Of a stretch of DNA of 64,000 bases, positions 36,673-47,659 are shown piece by piece. The DNA is from Candidatus Marinacidobacterium sp. (GTDB lineage Bacteria; Acidobacteriota; Vicinamibacteria; Marinacidobacterales; Marinacidobacteraceae). Location: positions 1,248,001 to 1,312,000 of the forward strand of contig OZ244852.1 of NCBI GenBank assembly GCA_965220965.1, written 5' to 3'. Every line of letters begins with the position of its first letter. The first letter of the stretch is position 1. The notes beneath the pieces were generated by a model that saw only the letters and a list, made by a program, of their open reading frames with translations, did not search any database and was not told the DNA's origin. Both the position numbers and the translations under genes were made by a program.

Positions 36673-39102
36673 CTAGAAGGTCGTCCCGATGCCGAAGACG
36701 AAGGCGGTGGCCCGGTGGTGGTGATCCCGGTGGGGATTGTAGGCGAAGATGAGGCGGAACGGGACGTTCAGCATCGGAATGAACACCCGCATCTCGATCC
36801 CGGTGGATGTGCGCAGGTTCTGGAGCATGTTGAAGCTCCACGCCTCATCCTCGGTGAAGGCGTTTCCGGCGTCGAAGAACAGGATCGCCCGCAGCGGACC
36901 GGCGAGCGGGATGGCGTATTCGGCGTTGAACAGCAGCATCTTGTTCCCGCCGAGGAGCTGTCCGTTCTGGTTCCGCGGACCCACCGAGCGGATGTAGAAG
37001 CCGCGGATCTGGTACTCGCCGCCGAGGAAGAAGCGGTTGTAGTAGGGGACCCCGGTCTGCTCCACGTCGAAGATGTCGATCGGCTGGCCGTCCGGCGGCT
37101 CGACGCCTCCGTAGCCGTAGAGGTAGCTCCCCATGACCCGGAATCCGAGCGAGGTCGCCCCGATGACCCGGGTGTGGGACACCGCCTCGAGCGTGGGCTT
37201 CAGGTAGTGGACGTTGCCGCCGAGCATGCCCCCCGCCACATCCATCGAGGCGGTCAGCTTCCGGCCGGTGCTCGGGAAGATCGGGTGATCCACCGTGTTG
37301 AACACGTAGGTGGGACTGATCTTGCTCTCGCGGAAGTTGCCTGACAGGCCGTAGAAGCGCGGGTCGAGATAGGTCGAGTTGTAGTAGAGGTCGTAGAGGT
37401 TCAGGACGATGTCCGGGTCGGGCTCGCGGACCGTGATGATCGAGTAGCCGTAGTTCAGGAACGTCCGCGACCAGCGTCCGATGGGGATCCCGAAGATGAG
37501 CCGGCCCCCGATGTCGTCGCGGGTGAACTCGCGCAGCTTCAGCGTCCGGCGGAACACATCGAACCCGAGCGTCACCGGCTTGTCCATGAAGTAGGGGTCG
37601 GTGATCGCGATCTGGTAGTTCTGGGTCCGCTGCCCGGTCTGGATCGTGAAGTTGGCGGTCTCGCCCCGGCCGAGGAAGTTCGTCGTGCCGAAGGACGCGT
37701 TCACGAAGAAACCCTCGAGGCCGGAGAACCCGGCGCCGAAGGTGAGCTGGTTGCGGTTCTCCTCGACGAGGTCGAGCGTGATGTCGAGACGGGTCTCGTC
37801 TTCCGGACTCGGCTGGATGTCGGGCTGCTCGATGGGGCGGAAGTAGCCGAGCTGGTTGATCCGCTGGATGGAGGCCTTGAGCAGCTCCATGTTCATGATG
37901 TCCTGCTCGTTCAGCCACATCTCGCGCCGGATCACGCGGTCCTTGGTCGTCGAGTTCCCCCGGAACTCGATCCGGTTCACGAGGAACTGGTCCTCTTCGG
38001 CGAGGTTGATCACGACATCCACGACCTTCTGCTCGGGATGCCGGCTCCAGGTGGGGAACCCGGTGAACTGGACGTAGCCCCGCGCGCCGTAGATCTCGCG
38101 CAGCGAGTCGAGTCCCTCGGTGACCTGCGACTCGTCGTAGACCTCGCCTTCGATGAGCGGGAAGTAGCTCCGCACGAACTCCGCCGGGAAGACCTCGGCG
38201 CCCTCCACGGTCACCTCGCCCACCCGGTACTGCTCGCCCTCCACCACCGGGATCACGATGTCCATCCAGCGCTTCGGGCGCTTCCAGAACAGGAACGAGC
38301 GGGAGTGGCCGTCCTCGTAGGAGAACTGCGGCGGACCGAACGAGACGTCCAGATAGCCGCGCTTCAGGTACTCCTGCCGGACGCCCTCGATGTCCTCCGC
38401 GTACTGCTCCTCGGTGTAGGTCGAACCCCCGAGCAGCGCGCCCATGGCGTGGCTCTCGCGGGTCTTCTTCATGGCCCACCGCAGCACCCAGTCGTCGAGC
38501 GCCTCGGCGCCCTCGAACCGGATGCGCCGGATGCGGATCTGCTGTTCGTCGCGGATGTTGAAGACGACGGCCACCTGACCGTCCTCCTCCGCGATCTCGC
38601 TGGTGACCGCGCCCTCGGTGCGGCCCTTGTCGACCAGCATCTCGTGGATGATCTCGCGCGCCCGGACGACCCGCTCCGGGTCGTAGGCGGCGCCCACGAC
38701 GATCTGGACGCCCTCCTCCTCGAGCTTCTCGAGGATCTCGTCGTTGTCGAGTTCCTCGGAGCCGAGGAACTGGAGGGTCTCGACCCGGGGACGTTCGTTC
38801 ACGACGAACGCCACGATCCGGCCGCCGCGCTCGCCGGGGCGCAGCTCGAGTCGCAGGTCGTCGGCGAAGCCGGTCTCCCACAGCGCGCGGAACTCCGCCC
38901 GCAGGACCTCGCGGTCCACCGGATCCCCGGGCTTGACGGTCAGATGCGCGAGCCACGCGTCGGTGGCGATGAGGTCGTTGCCCTCGATGACGACCGCCTC
39001 CACCGTCTCGACGTCCTCCTGGGAAATCAGGAGCGTGGAGGCGGCCGACGGGACCGCCAGCAGAAGCGCCATCGCGGCGTAGCGCAGGGAGTTACGGGTC
39101 AT
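36673..39102 (-). CDS. bamA: Outer membrane protein assembly factor BamA
   Basis: POTRA repeats (IEGN, FRGNSTTKDRVIRRE), NFLGRG, IRGF...GP, FFDAGN, C-terminal GTTF. Confidence 0.95.
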   Translation of the reverse strand: MTRNSLRYAAMALLLAVPSAASTLLISQEDVETVEAVVIEGNDLIATDAWLAHLTVKPGDPVDREVLRAEFRALWETGFADDLRLELRPGERGGRIVAFVVNERPRVETLQFLGSEELDNDEILEKLEEEGVQIVVGAAYDPERVVRAREIIHEMLVDKGRTEGAVTSEIAEEDGQVAVVFNIRDEQQIRIRRIRFEGAEALDDWVLRWAMKKTRESHAMGALLGGSTYTEEQYAEDIEGVRQEYLKRGYLDVSFGPPQFSYEDGHSRSFLFWKRPKRWMDIVIPVVEGEQYRVGEVTVEGAEVFPAEFVRSYFPLIEGEVYDESQVTEGLDSLREIYGARGYVQFTGFPTWSRHPEQKVVDVVINLAEEDQFLVNRIEFRGNSTTKDRVIRREMWLNEQDIMNMELLKASIQRINQLGYFRPIEQPDIQPSPEDETRLDITLDLVEENRNQLTFGAGFSGLEGFFVNASFGTTNFLGRGETANFTIQTGQRTQNYQIAITDPYFMDKPVTLGFDVFRRTLKLREFTRDDIGGRLIFGIPIGRWSRTFLNYGYSIITVREPDPDIVLNLYDLYYNSTYLDPRFYGLSGNFRESKISPTYVFNTVDHPIFPSTGRKLTASMDVAGGMLGGNVHYLKPTLEAVSHTRVIGATSLGFRVMGSYLYGYGGVEPPDGQPIDIFDVEQTGVPYYNRFFLGGEYQIRGFYIRSVGPRNQNGQLLGGNKMLLFNAEYAIPLAGPLRAILFFDAGNAFTEDEAWSFNMLQNLRTSTGIEMRVFIPMLNVPFRLIFAYNPHRDHHHRATAFVFGIGTTF

Positions 39103-41621
39103 GGAACGAGGGCCTCCTCGGCCAGCAGCTCGCCGGGAGCTTCTCCGGGAACTTCCTGGCCCTGGCGGATCTCGAGAATTTCCGCAGGATGAGTGGAGGG
39201 GTCGAGCGCCGATCGCCCGGGACCGGCCGACAATTCGGGAGCGTCCGGACGAAGCCCGATCTCGACCGGGCGGCCGGGCTGGACCCGCCCGGTGAGCACC
39301 GCCTCGGAGAGCGGGTCCTCGACCAGGCGCTGCAGCGCGCGGCGAAGCGGACGGGCGCCGTAGCTGCGCTCCGGCAGGACGCTGCGGACGAGGAACGCCT
39401 CGGCCTCGGGAGTCAGGCTGACGAAGAGGTCCCGCGAACGGATCTCGTCGTTCATCCGGCGCACCAGCCGCCGCAGGATCTCGGTCAGGTCCTCCTCGGT
39501 CAGGGGGTCGAACACGACGACCGAATCGAGCCGGTTCAGGAACTCGGGGCGGAACGTCTTGCGAACCTCGCCGAGGACGAGGTCGCGCATCGCGGCGCGC
39601 CGGGGGGCCTCCTCCGCGGACGCAAAGCCGAGGTGGGCCTGCCCGTGGAGGCGCCCAGCCCCGAGGTTCGAGGTCATGATCAGGATCGAGTTCCGGAAGT
39701 CCACGGTGTTGCCGAGTCCATCGGTGAGCCGCCCGTCCTCGAAGACCTGGAGGAGGAGGTTCCAGACATCGGGGTGGGCCTTCTCGATCTCGTCCAGCAG
39801 CAGCACGCAGTAGGGGTTCCGGCGCACCCGCTCGGTGAGGTGTCCGCCTTCCTCGTGGCCGACATACCCGGGGGGCGAGCCGATGAAGCGGGACACGGAG
39901 TGGCGCTCCATGTACTCGCTCATGTCGAAACGCTGGAGAGCACGTTCCGTTCCAAGCAGGAACTCGGCGAGCGAGCGCGCGACCTCGGTCTTGCCGACGC
40001 CGGAAGGGCCGAGAAACAGGAACACCCCGCCCGGGCGCTCGGGGTGCTTCAGCCCGGCGCGCGCCCGGCGGATGGCCCGGGCCACGCTCGCCACCGCCTC
40101 GTGCTGGGCCACCACCCGGTGGTGCAGCTCCTCCTCGATGCGCAGCAGCTTGCGGCTCTCGTCCTCCTCGATGGAGCCCAGCGGGATCCCGGTCCAGTCG
40201 GCGACCACTTCATCGATGTCGCGCCGGGTCACCACCGGCCGCTCGGCGTCGTCGGATTCCCAGCGGGAGCGGATCTCCCCGAGACTCCGCCGCTCGGCGT
40301 TTTCCTGTTCCTGGGCGAGCGAGGCCCGCTCCAGATCGTCGCCGGCGAGCGCGCGGTCCTTCTTCTCGCGAATCGCCTCGATCCGCATCCGGACCTCGGA
40401 GAACTCGCGGGAGAAGCGGTTCTCGCGGAGCTTGACGCGCGAACCGGCCTCATCCAGCAGGTCCACCGACTTGTCCGGCAGGAAGCGATCGGTGACGTAG
40501 CGCTCGGCGAGACGGACCGAGGCGTCGATCGCGTCGGGGGCGTAACGCACCCGGTGATACCGCTCGTAGCGCTCCTGGACCCCCCGGAGGATCTCGAGGG
40601 TCTCCGAACTGCTGGGCGGCTCGATGCGGACGCCCTGGAAGCGCCGCTCGAGGCTGCGGTCGCGCTCGATATGCCGGCGGAATTCGGCGGGGGTGGTGGC
40701 GCCGATGACCTGGATCCCGTCGCGGGCGAGCGCCGGCTTCAGGATGTTCGCGGCGTCGAGCGAGCCTTCCGCCGAGCCGGCGCCGACGAGAGTGTGCATC
40801 TCGTCCACGAAGACGATGGTGGTGGGCGACTCCTCGAGCTCCTTGATGATCGCCTTGAGGCGCTCCTCGAACTGGCCGCGGTACTTGGTGCCCGCGACCA
40901 CCAGCGAAATGTCGAGCGTGACGATCCGCTTGTCGCCGAGGAAGATCGGGCAGTCCCCGCTGGCGATGCGGCTGGCGAGACCCTCCACGATGGCGGTCTT
41001 CCCGGTCCCCGGCTCGCCGATCAGCACCGGGTTGTTCTTGGTCCGGCGGCAGAGGACCTGGATGACCCGGTCCAGTTCCACCCGCCGCCCGATGAGCGGG
41101 TCGAGCGCCCCCTCGCGCGCCGCCTGGGTGAGGTCGCGGGAGAACTGCGCGAGGAGCGGCGTCGAGGGCGCCCGCCCGGCGTCGGGAGAGCGGCGGTGCT
41201 CGTGGTCGCGCGCGATCGCCTCGCGCACCACCGCCGCCCGCACGTTCTGCCGGGCGAGCATCTGGGCCGCCGCGCTCCCCGGCTCCCGGAGGATCCCGAG
41301 AAGGAGGTGCTCGGTGCCGACGCTCTGGTGGTTCAGCCGGTCGGCCTCCTCCTGCGCGTGCTCGAGGACGCGTTTCGACTCGGCGGACAGCGGCATCCCG
41401 ACGGTCGTCGAGACGCTGTCGCGGAGGAGGGCGCGGCTCCGGACCTCGGTGCGGATGCGCTCGACCGAGAGGTGGAGGCGGTTCGCGAGCGGCGGCGGGA
41501 GCTCGCGCAGCAGCCCGAGCAGCAGGTGCTCGGGTTCGATGGAGTCCCCGCCCAATTGGGAGGCTTCGTGTCGGGCGAAGTAGATGGCCCGCTTGGCGCG
41601 TTCCGCGTAGCGCTCGAACAC
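39099..41621 (-). CDS. clpC: ATP-dependent Clp protease ATP-binding subunit (ClpC/ClpA type)
   Basis: MFERYAERA Clp-N repeats, [24 protein letters not shown]; GTG start 41621. Confidence 0.93.
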   Translation of the reverse strand: MFERYAERAKRAIYFARHEASQLGGDSIEPEHLLLGLLRELPPPLANRLHLSVERIRTEVRSRALLRDSVSTTVGMPLSAESKRVLEHAQEEADRLNHQSVGTEHLLLGILREPGSAAAQMLARQNVRAAVVREAIARDHEHRRSPDAGRAPSTPLLAQFSRDLTQAAREGALDPLIGRRVELDRVIQVLCRRTKNNPVLIGEPGTGKTAIVEGLASRIASGDCPIFLGDKRIVTLDISLVVAGTKYRGQFEERLKAIIKELEESPTTIVFVDEMHTLVGAGSAEGSLDAANILKPALARDGIQVIGATTPAEFRRHIERDRSLERRFQGVRIEPPSSSETLEILRGVQERYERYHRVRYAPDAIDASVRLAERYVTDRFLPDKSVDLLDEAGSRVKLRENRFSREFSEVRMRIEAIREKKDRALAGDDLERASLAQEQENAERRSLGEIRSRWESDDAERPVVTRRDIDEVVADWTGIPLGSIEEDESRKLLRIEEELHHRVVAQHEAVASVARAIRRARAGLKHPERPGGVFLFLGPSGVGKTEVARSLAEFLLGTERALQRFDMSEYMERHSVSRFIGSPPGYVGHEEGGHLTERVRRNPYCVLLLDEIEKAHPDVWNLLLQVFEDGRLTDGLGNTVDFRNSILIMTSNLGAGRLHGQAHLGFASAEEAPRRAAMRDLVLGEVRKTFRPEFLNRLDSVVVFDPLTEEDLTEILRRLVRRMNDEIRSRDLFVSLTPEAEAFLVRSVLPERSYGARPLRRALQRLVEDPLSEAVLTGRVQPGRPVEIGLRPDAPELSAGPGRSALDPSTHPAEILEIRQGQEVPGEAPGELLAEEALVP

Positions 41622-41732
41622 TGTGGATATCTTCGGCCCGGACGGGCCGCAACACGAATTTAGCAGGGGGGCGCCCGGATGGCGGGGGATGCCGGCCGCC
41701 CGGTTTCGGCGACTTGCGGGAGACTTCGCCGC

Positions 41733-44700
41733 ATGCGTCCCCCGGCCCCCCTCCCCTGTCTCCTTCTCCTCGCGCTCCTCGTCCCCGCCGGCGCCAGCGG
41801 CCAGAGCCCGTTCGACGCGCTCCGCTGGCGGCACATCGGCCCGGTCGGGAACCGGGTCTCCGCGGTCGCGGGGGTACCCGGCCAGCCGAACACCTACTAC
41901 TTCGGCGCCGCCTCGGGAGGCGTCTTCCGCTCGGACGACGCCGGGATCCAGTGGACCCCGATCTTCGACGACCAGCCGGTTCTCTCGATCGGCGCGCTCG
42001 CGGTCTCCGCCGCCGACCCGAACGTGGTGTGGGCGGGGACCGGAGAGGCCCACATCCGCAGCAACGTCTCGCTCGGCAACGGGGTCTACCGCTCGACCGA
42101 CCGGGGGGACACCTGGACCCACACCGGGCTCGAGGCCACGGGCCGGATCTCGCGCATCGCCACCCATCCGGACGACCCGGACATCGCCTGGGTCGCGGCG
42201 CTCGGCCACCTCTACGGGCCGCAGGAGGAGCGGGGGGTGTTTCGCACGACCGACGGCGGGGCCACCTGGGAGCGGGTCCTGTTCGTGGACGAGAACACCG
42301 GGGCCTCCGCGATCGTGGTCAGCCCCGCGAATCCCCGCCTCCTGTTCGCGGGCATGTGGCAGATGCGGATCTGGACGTGGGGCCGGGAGAGCGGGGGCCC
42401 GGGGAGCGGCGTCTTCCGCTCCGCCGACGGGGGGGACACCTGGGAGCGCCTCGAGGGGAACGGCCTGCCCGCCAGCCCGCTCGGCAAGATCGACCTCGCG
42501 ATGACCCCGGCGGACCCCCGCCGGATTTACGCGCTGATCGAGACGAGCTCGAACGAGGCGTTCTCCCCCATCCGGCCCGAGGACGACGGGAGCCTGTGGC
42601 GCTCCGACGACGGCGGCGACGCCTGGACCCTGGTGAACCGGGATCACACCCTGATGCAGCGGCCGCACTACTACACCCGGGTGGTGGCCGCCCCGGACGA
42701 CGCCGACGAGGCCCACTTCCTCGCCACCCGCCACACCACGACGACCGACGGCGGCGTCACGACCTGGCTGAACAACTCCGGCGGGGACCACCACGACATG
42801 TGGATCGCCCCCGACCAGCCCGACCGCATGATCGTGGGACACGACGGCGGGGTCAGCATCTCGACCAACCGGGGCGAGACGTGGCATCGCCCCCGGTTGC
42901 CGATCGCCCAGATGTACCACGTCTACACCGACCACGAGATCCCGTACCGGGTCATGGGGAACCGTCAGGACGGCCCCTCCTCGCGGGGACCGTCGAACAG
43001 CCTCACCCCGGGCCCCATCCCGATCGGGGCGTGGGCCCCGGTGGGCGGCTGCGAGTCGGGGTTCGCCGTCCCCGATCCGACCGACTCCGGCGTCATCTGG
43101 TCCGGCTGCTTCGAGGGGATCCTCGAGCGCTACGAGGACGCCACCGGCCAGGCGCGCAACGTGAGCGTGTGGCCCGACAATCCCGAGGGCTGGGCGGCGG
43201 CGGAGCTCCGGGACCGCTTCCAGTGGACCTTCCCGATCCACATCTCCCCGCATGACCCGGATCGCGTCTACGCCGGGAGCCAGCGGGTCCACCAGACGAC
43301 GAACGGCGGGCAGTCGTGGACCGCGATCAGCCCCGACCTCACGACCGACGACCCGGCGCTCCAGCAGAAGACCGGCGGGCTCACCTTCGACGACGTGAGC
43401 CCGACCTACGCCGCCGTGCTCTTCTCGATCGCCGAATCACCCCACACCGAAGGCGTCCTGTGGGCGGGGAGCAACGACGGGAAGGTCCACGTCTCCCGGA
43501 ACGGGGGCGAGACCTGGGAGGACGTGTCCTTGAACCTTCCCGACCTTCCCCCGCTCGGGACCTTCTCGAACATCGAGCCCTCCCGGTTCGCCGCCGGCAA
43601 GGCGTATGCGACGGTGGACCTCCACCAGCTCGGGGACAACAAGACCTACGCTTACGCCACCAACGACTTCGGCGCGAGCTGGCGGCGGCTCGGCGCCGAT
43701 CTGCCGCAGCACACCCACAGCTACGCGCACACGATCCGCGAGGATCCGGAGCGTCCGGGGCTGCTGTTTCTCGGGACCGAGAACGCGGTGTTCGTCTCGT
43801 TCGACGACGGCGAGACCTGGGAATCGCTCCAGACGAACCTCCCCCACGCCCCGGTCCACTGGCTCACGATCCAGGAGCGTTTCTCGGACCTGGTGGCCGC
43901 CACCTACGGCCGGGGGTTCTGGATCCTCGACGACATCTCCCCGCTGCGCGAGTGGCCGGAGGCGGCTTCCGGCGACCGCCCGCACCTGTTCGCGCCGCGC
44001 GAAGCCTGGCGATTCCGCATGCGCCCCTCGCCGATGAGCCAGCCGGAAGACCCGGGCGCTGGCGAGAACCCGCCCTACGGGGCGACGATCCACTACCGGC
44101 TCGCCGAGGCGGAGTCCGACGGCGTGTCCATCGAGATCGTGGATTCGTCGGACGAGGTGGTCCGGACGCTGCGCGGGGGCGCCTCCGCCGGACTCCACCG
44201 GGTGGTCTGGAACCTGCGCAACGAGCCGACCCGGCGGCCGCGCCTGAGGACGCCGCCGCTGGACAGCCCGCACCAGGTGCTTCCGGCGCGGGGCTTCCGG
44301 CTCCTCACCGAATCGCGGCCGGTGGCCACGCTGATGCCGCCCGGCGACTACTCGGTGCGGCTGCGCGCCGGGGCCTCGACCGTGGAGCGGCCACTCGTGG
44401 TCCACGCGGACCCCGAAGCCCCCGCGCAGGGGGCGGAGATCGCCGGACAGGTGGAAACGCTCCTGCGAATCCAGGCGATGGTCGCCGAGGTCGGCGACAT
44501 GATCGAGGAGATCGAATGGCTGCGGAAGCAGACGGCCGAACGGCGGGCGCTCGGAACCGCGCTCGCGACCGGCGTCGGGACGGCCGCCGGGGAATACGAC
44601 AGCGCGCTGCGCGAGCTGGAGGCGCGCCTCTTCGAGCTCCGTCTCACCGGCGGGAACGCCGGGCAGGACACCCTCCGCTGGCCGAGGCGCCTCCACGCCA

Positions 44701-44909
44701 AGCTCTCGAGCCTCCACGGCTACATCGGCGGGAGCGACCACCGCCCCACGGACCAGCACCTCGAAGTGCTCGCGCTCTACGAAGCGGAGCTCGAGGACAC
44801 CCTGCAGGTGCTGGAACAGCTCGCCGGCGACGAACTCCAGGCGTTCAACAGCCACCTCTCGGACGCCGACCTGCCGCCGGTCGTCCGGGCGGTTCCGGGG
44901 AGCCCGTAG
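41733..44909 (+). CDS. VPS10/BNR (Asp-box) repeat glycosyl hydrolase-like secreted protein
   Basis: LRWRHIGP..GNRV, many S/T-x-D-G-G-x-T-W boxes, DHHDMWI, ATYGRGFWILDD. Confidence 0.88.
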   Translation: MRPPAPLPCLLLLALLVPAGASGQSPFDALRWRHIGPVGNRVSAVAGVPGQPNTYYFGAASGGVFRSDDAGIQWTPIFDDQPVLSIGALAVSAADPNVVWAGTGEAHIRSNVSLGNGVYRSTDRGDTWTHTGLEATGRISRIATHPDDPDIAWVAALGHLYGPQEERGVFRTTDGGATWERVLFVDENTGASAIVVSPANPRLLFAGMWQMRIWTWGRESGGPGSGVFRSADGGDTWERLEGNGLPASPLGKIDLAMTPADPRRIYALIETSSNEAFSPIRPEDDGSLWRSDDGGDAWTLVNRDHTLMQRPHYYTRVVAAPDDADEAHFLATRHTTTTDGGVTTWLNNSGGDHHDMWIAPDQPDRMIVGHDGGVSISTNRGETWHRPRLPIAQMYHVYTDHEIPYRVMGNRQDGPSSRGPSNSLTPGPIPIGAWAPVGGCESGFAVPDPTDSGVIWSGCFEGILERYEDATGQARNVSVWPDNPEGWAAAELRDRFQWTFPIHISPHDPDRVYAGSQRVHQTTNGGQSWTAISPDLTTDDPALQQKTGGLTFDDVSPTYAAVLFSIAESPHTEGVLWAGSNDGKVHVSRNGGETWEDVSLNLPDLPPLGTFSNIEPSRFAAGKAYATVDLHQLGDNKTYAYATNDFGASWRRLGADLPQHTHSYAHTIREDPERPGLLFLGTENAVFVSFDDGETWESLQTNLPHAPVHWLTIQERFSDLVAATYGRGFWILDDISPLREWPEAASGDRPHLFAPREAWRFRMRPSPMSQPEDPGAGENPPYGATIHYRLAEAESDGVSIEIVDSSDEVVRTLRGGASAGLHRVVWNLRNEPTRRPRLRTPPLDSPHQVLPARGFRLLTESRPVATLMPPGDYSVRLRAGASTVERPLVVHADPEAPAQGAEIAGQVETLLRIQAMVAEVGDMIEEIEWLRKQTAERRALGTALATGVGTAAGEYDSALRELEARLFELRLTGGNAGQDTLRWPRRLHAKLSSLHGYIGGSDHRPTDQHLEVLALYEAELEDTLQVLEQLAGDELQAFNSHLSDADLPPVVRAVPGSP

Positions 44910-44929
44910 GCGGGCCCCCCCGCGACGGC

Positions 44930-46819
44930 TCAGCCCGCGAGCTTCTCTTCGAGGAGCCCGCGGGCGATCATCGTGAAGTCGTGCTCGGTGACGATCCCCA
45001 CCAGGTGGCCGTCGTGGACCACCGGCAGGCAGCCGATGCCGCGCCGGTTCATCAGCCGGATCGCGTCCGCGGAGAGCGTCGAGGGGCCGATCGTGACGAG
45101 GTCGGTCTTCATGACGTCGCGGACCGGGAGGGTGGCGTCCGCGTCGAGCTCCCGTTCGGCGACCAGCTTGATGATCGTGCGGTAGGAGACGAGCCCCACG
45201 AGCTCGCCGTCCTCCTCGACCGGGATGTGGCGGATCCGGCCCCAGTCCATCAGGACCGCGGCCCGCTGGACCGATTCGTCGGGATGGACGGTGCGAAGGT
45301 CGTGGGTCATGAACTGCTCGACGCGCAGGTAGTGGTGCCGCCAGCCTCCGGAGTCCCGCAGGCGGGGCGGATCCCACTGGTGGACCGGAATCCCCTCGCC
45401 CTGGAGACGGCGGGCGGCGCCGGTGATCGCGCTCAACCGCTCCGATTCGGAGGCCTGGAGCCGCAGGGTCTCGAACCCCTCGAGCATCCAGCTTGCTCCC
45501 GAGCGTCCGCTCCGGACCCGCTCCTCGATGATCCCGAGATAGTGGTCGGTCTCTGACGATCCGACGCCCTTGCGCGCCAGCCCTTCGCGCGCCCGGGGGA
45601 TCAGGTCCTCGAGGAGCAGGTCGCGGGCGCGCCACTGGGCGCCGTCGAGCCAGGTCAGCTCGGCCTTCAGGCCGAAGCGGCTGGCCGCCCGGAAGTTCTC
45701 GGCCGCATCCTGAAACGGCATCGCCTCGCTGGGCTCGACCTCGTCCGCGGCGAGGGCGCTCATCAACCCGAGCCACAGCGCCATGTTCGCGACCTGGTCG
45801 GGGATCGAGGGGCCGCTTGGCAGGTAGCGGCTCTCGATCCGCAGGTGCGGCTTGCCGTCGGTGATGCCGTAGCAGGGCCGGTTCCAGCGCCAGACGGTGC
45901 CGTTGTGGAGGGTCAGCGCGGAGAGCGCCGGCGGGTCGGCCTCCTCATCGGGTTCCCCGGCGTCGAGGAGCACCGGGTGGTGCGCGATGTTGTCCTGGAG
46001 GATCTCGATGACGCCGCCGGTGACCCAGTCCCGGCCGAAGGCCCCCCGGGGACGGCGCTGGCGGACGTTGGGCCCGGCCTCGCGGGTGTCCAGACTCTGT
46101 TCGAAGAGGCCGATCCGCGTCTCCCGCCACAGCCGTCGCCCGAACAGCAGCGGTGAGTTCACCGCGCAGGCGAGGACCGGCGCGGTCACGACCTGGGCGA
46201 GGTTGTAGAGGCGGCTGAACTCGTCCGCCCCCACCTGCAGGTGGATCTGGAAGCTCGCGTTGCAGGCCTCCAGCATGACGTTGTCGTGCGTCGCCCGGAT
46301 GTCGTCGGCGCCCGTCAGGTGGACGGTGTAGGGCCGGTTCTTCCGCAGACGGGCGAGCGCTTCGTCCAGCACCCGGTAGCGCGGCAACGGGGTCATGTTC
46401 TCGAGCGTCATGTCCGAGAGCCGGAGCGTGGGCAGGATCCCGGTGAGGCAGACGTCCACCCCGACCCGTTGCGCCGCCTCCGCCGCGAGGGTCAGCGCCT
46501 CCTCGAGCCGCGCCTCGGTGGCGGTGAGGAGTCCCTCGCCGAGGTGCATCGGCGGGAGGTTGGCCTCCAGATTGAACCGCGCGATTTCCGTCGTGAACGC
46601 CGGGTTGTCGAGCTCCTCGAGGACCTCCATCGCCTTCGGCGCCGGACGGTGGCCGTCGTCGATCAGGAACATCTCCTGCTCGACGCCGACGCGGTAGACG
46701 TTCTCTTCGATCTTCCCCTCGCGGATCATCTCCGCGAGCCGGCGCAAGTCCTTGAAGAGCCGGACCTCGAATCGACGAAGCTCCTCGCCCGAGACCGCTC
46801 GCGCGTCGAGCCTTCCCAT
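44930..46819 (-). CDS. Glutamate--cysteine ligase (GCS2) family protein with C-terminal CBS pair
   Basis: VGVEQEMFL, EIARFNLE, FQIHLQV, NSPLLFG..LW.ETRI, RIESRYLP; CBS motifs IRHIPV, IGCLPVV. Confidence 0.88.
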   Translation of the reverse strand: MGRLDARAVSGEELRRFEVRLFKDLRRLAEMIREGKIEENVYRVGVEQEMFLIDDGHRPAPKAMEVLEELDNPAFTTEIARFNLEANLPPMHLGEGLLTATEARLEEALTLAAEAAQRVGVDVCLTGILPTLRLSDMTLENMTPLPRYRVLDEALARLRKNRPYTVHLTGADDIRATHDNVMLEACNASFQIHLQVGADEFSRLYNLAQVVTAPVLACAVNSPLLFGRRLWRETRIGLFEQSLDTREAGPNVRQRRPRGAFGRDWVTGGVIEILQDNIAHHPVLLDAGEPDEEADPPALSALTLHNGTVWRWNRPCYGITDGKPHLRIESRYLPSGPSIPDQVANMALWLGLMSALAADEVEPSEAMPFQDAAENFRAASRFGLKAELTWLDGAQWRARDLLLEDLIPRAREGLARKGVGSSETDHYLGIIEERVRSGRSGASWMLEGFETLRLQASESERLSAITGAARRLQGEGIPVHQWDPPRLRDSGGWRHHYLRVEQFMTHDLRTVHPDESVQRAAVLMDWGRIRHIPVEEDGELVGLVSYRTIIKLVAERELDADATLPVRDVMKTDLVTIGPSTLSADAIRLMNRRGIGCLPVVHDGHLVGIVTEHDFTMIARGLLEEKLAG

Positions 46820-46888
46820 GGGGCGGCGATTCTACGGGGGCGCGCGCCGCGGCGTCAGGACGCGGCGGAAGTACGGATGCCGGCGGTG

Positions 46889-47659
46889 TCAGCCGCCGGC
46901 CGGATCCGGGGACGCTCCGTTGACGATGCGGCCGTCGAGCAGATGGACCGTCCGGTCGGCGCGATCGGCGTAGCGGGGGTCGTGGGTGACCATGCAGATC
47001 GTCGCGCCGGTCTCGTGGAGCGCGTCCAGCATGTCCATGACCTCGGACCCGTTCTGCGAGTCGAGGTTCCCGGTGGGCTCGTCGGCGAGCAGGATGGACG
47101 GCTCCCCGACGACCGCCCGCGCGACCGCGGCGCGCTGCTGCTGGCCGCCGGACAACTGCGAGGGGTAGTGCTTCGCCCGGTGGGACATCCCCACCCGCTC
47201 GAGCGCCGCCTCGGTGCGCCGCTTCCGTTCGGGACCGGGCGTACCCCGGTAGACAAGGGGCAGCTCCACGTTGTCGAAGACGCTCAGGTCCCCGATCAGG
47301 TTGAACGCCTGGAAGATGAAGCCGACTTCCCGGTTCCGGATCCGGGCGCGCTCGGTGAGCCCCAGGTTGGCCACCGAGCGGCCATTCAGCAGGTACTCGC
47401 CGGCGTTCGGCGTGTCGAGGAGCCCCAGGATCGAGAGCAGCGTGGACTTGCCGCAGCCCGAGGGTCCCGCGATCGCGACGTACTCGCCGCGGTCGAAGCG
47501 CAGGCTCACGCCGGAGAGGGCGTGGGTCTCCACCTCGTCGGTGGTGAAGATCCGGCTGATGCCGTTCAACTGGATGACCGGTTCGGCCACGACTCCTCCT
47601 TCGCCGTCCTTCGGGGACGGGCTGCTGGCGCGGTCTCGGTCGTCATCCGGAGTCATCAT
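46889..47659 (-). CDS. ABC transporter ATP-binding protein (MacB/YknY type)
   Basis: [34 protein letters not shown]. Confidence 0.9.
   Translation of the reverse strand: MMTPDDDRDRASSPSPKDGEGGVVAEPVIQLNGISRIFTTDEVETHALSGVSLRFDRGEYVAIAGPSGCGKSTLLSILGLLDTPNAGEYLLNGRSVANLGLTERARIRNREVGFIFQAFNLIGDLSVFDNVELPLVYRGTPGPERKRRTEAALERVGMSHRAKHYPSQLSGGQQQRAAVARAVVGEPSILLADEPTGNLDSQNGSEVMDMLDALHETGATICMVTHDPRYADRADRTVHLLDGRIVNGASPDPAGG

Noticed and set aside
41622-43292. N-terminal extension making ClpC 1397 aa
   Set aside because: Antisense to the VPS10 gene; the canonical MFERY start is at 41621
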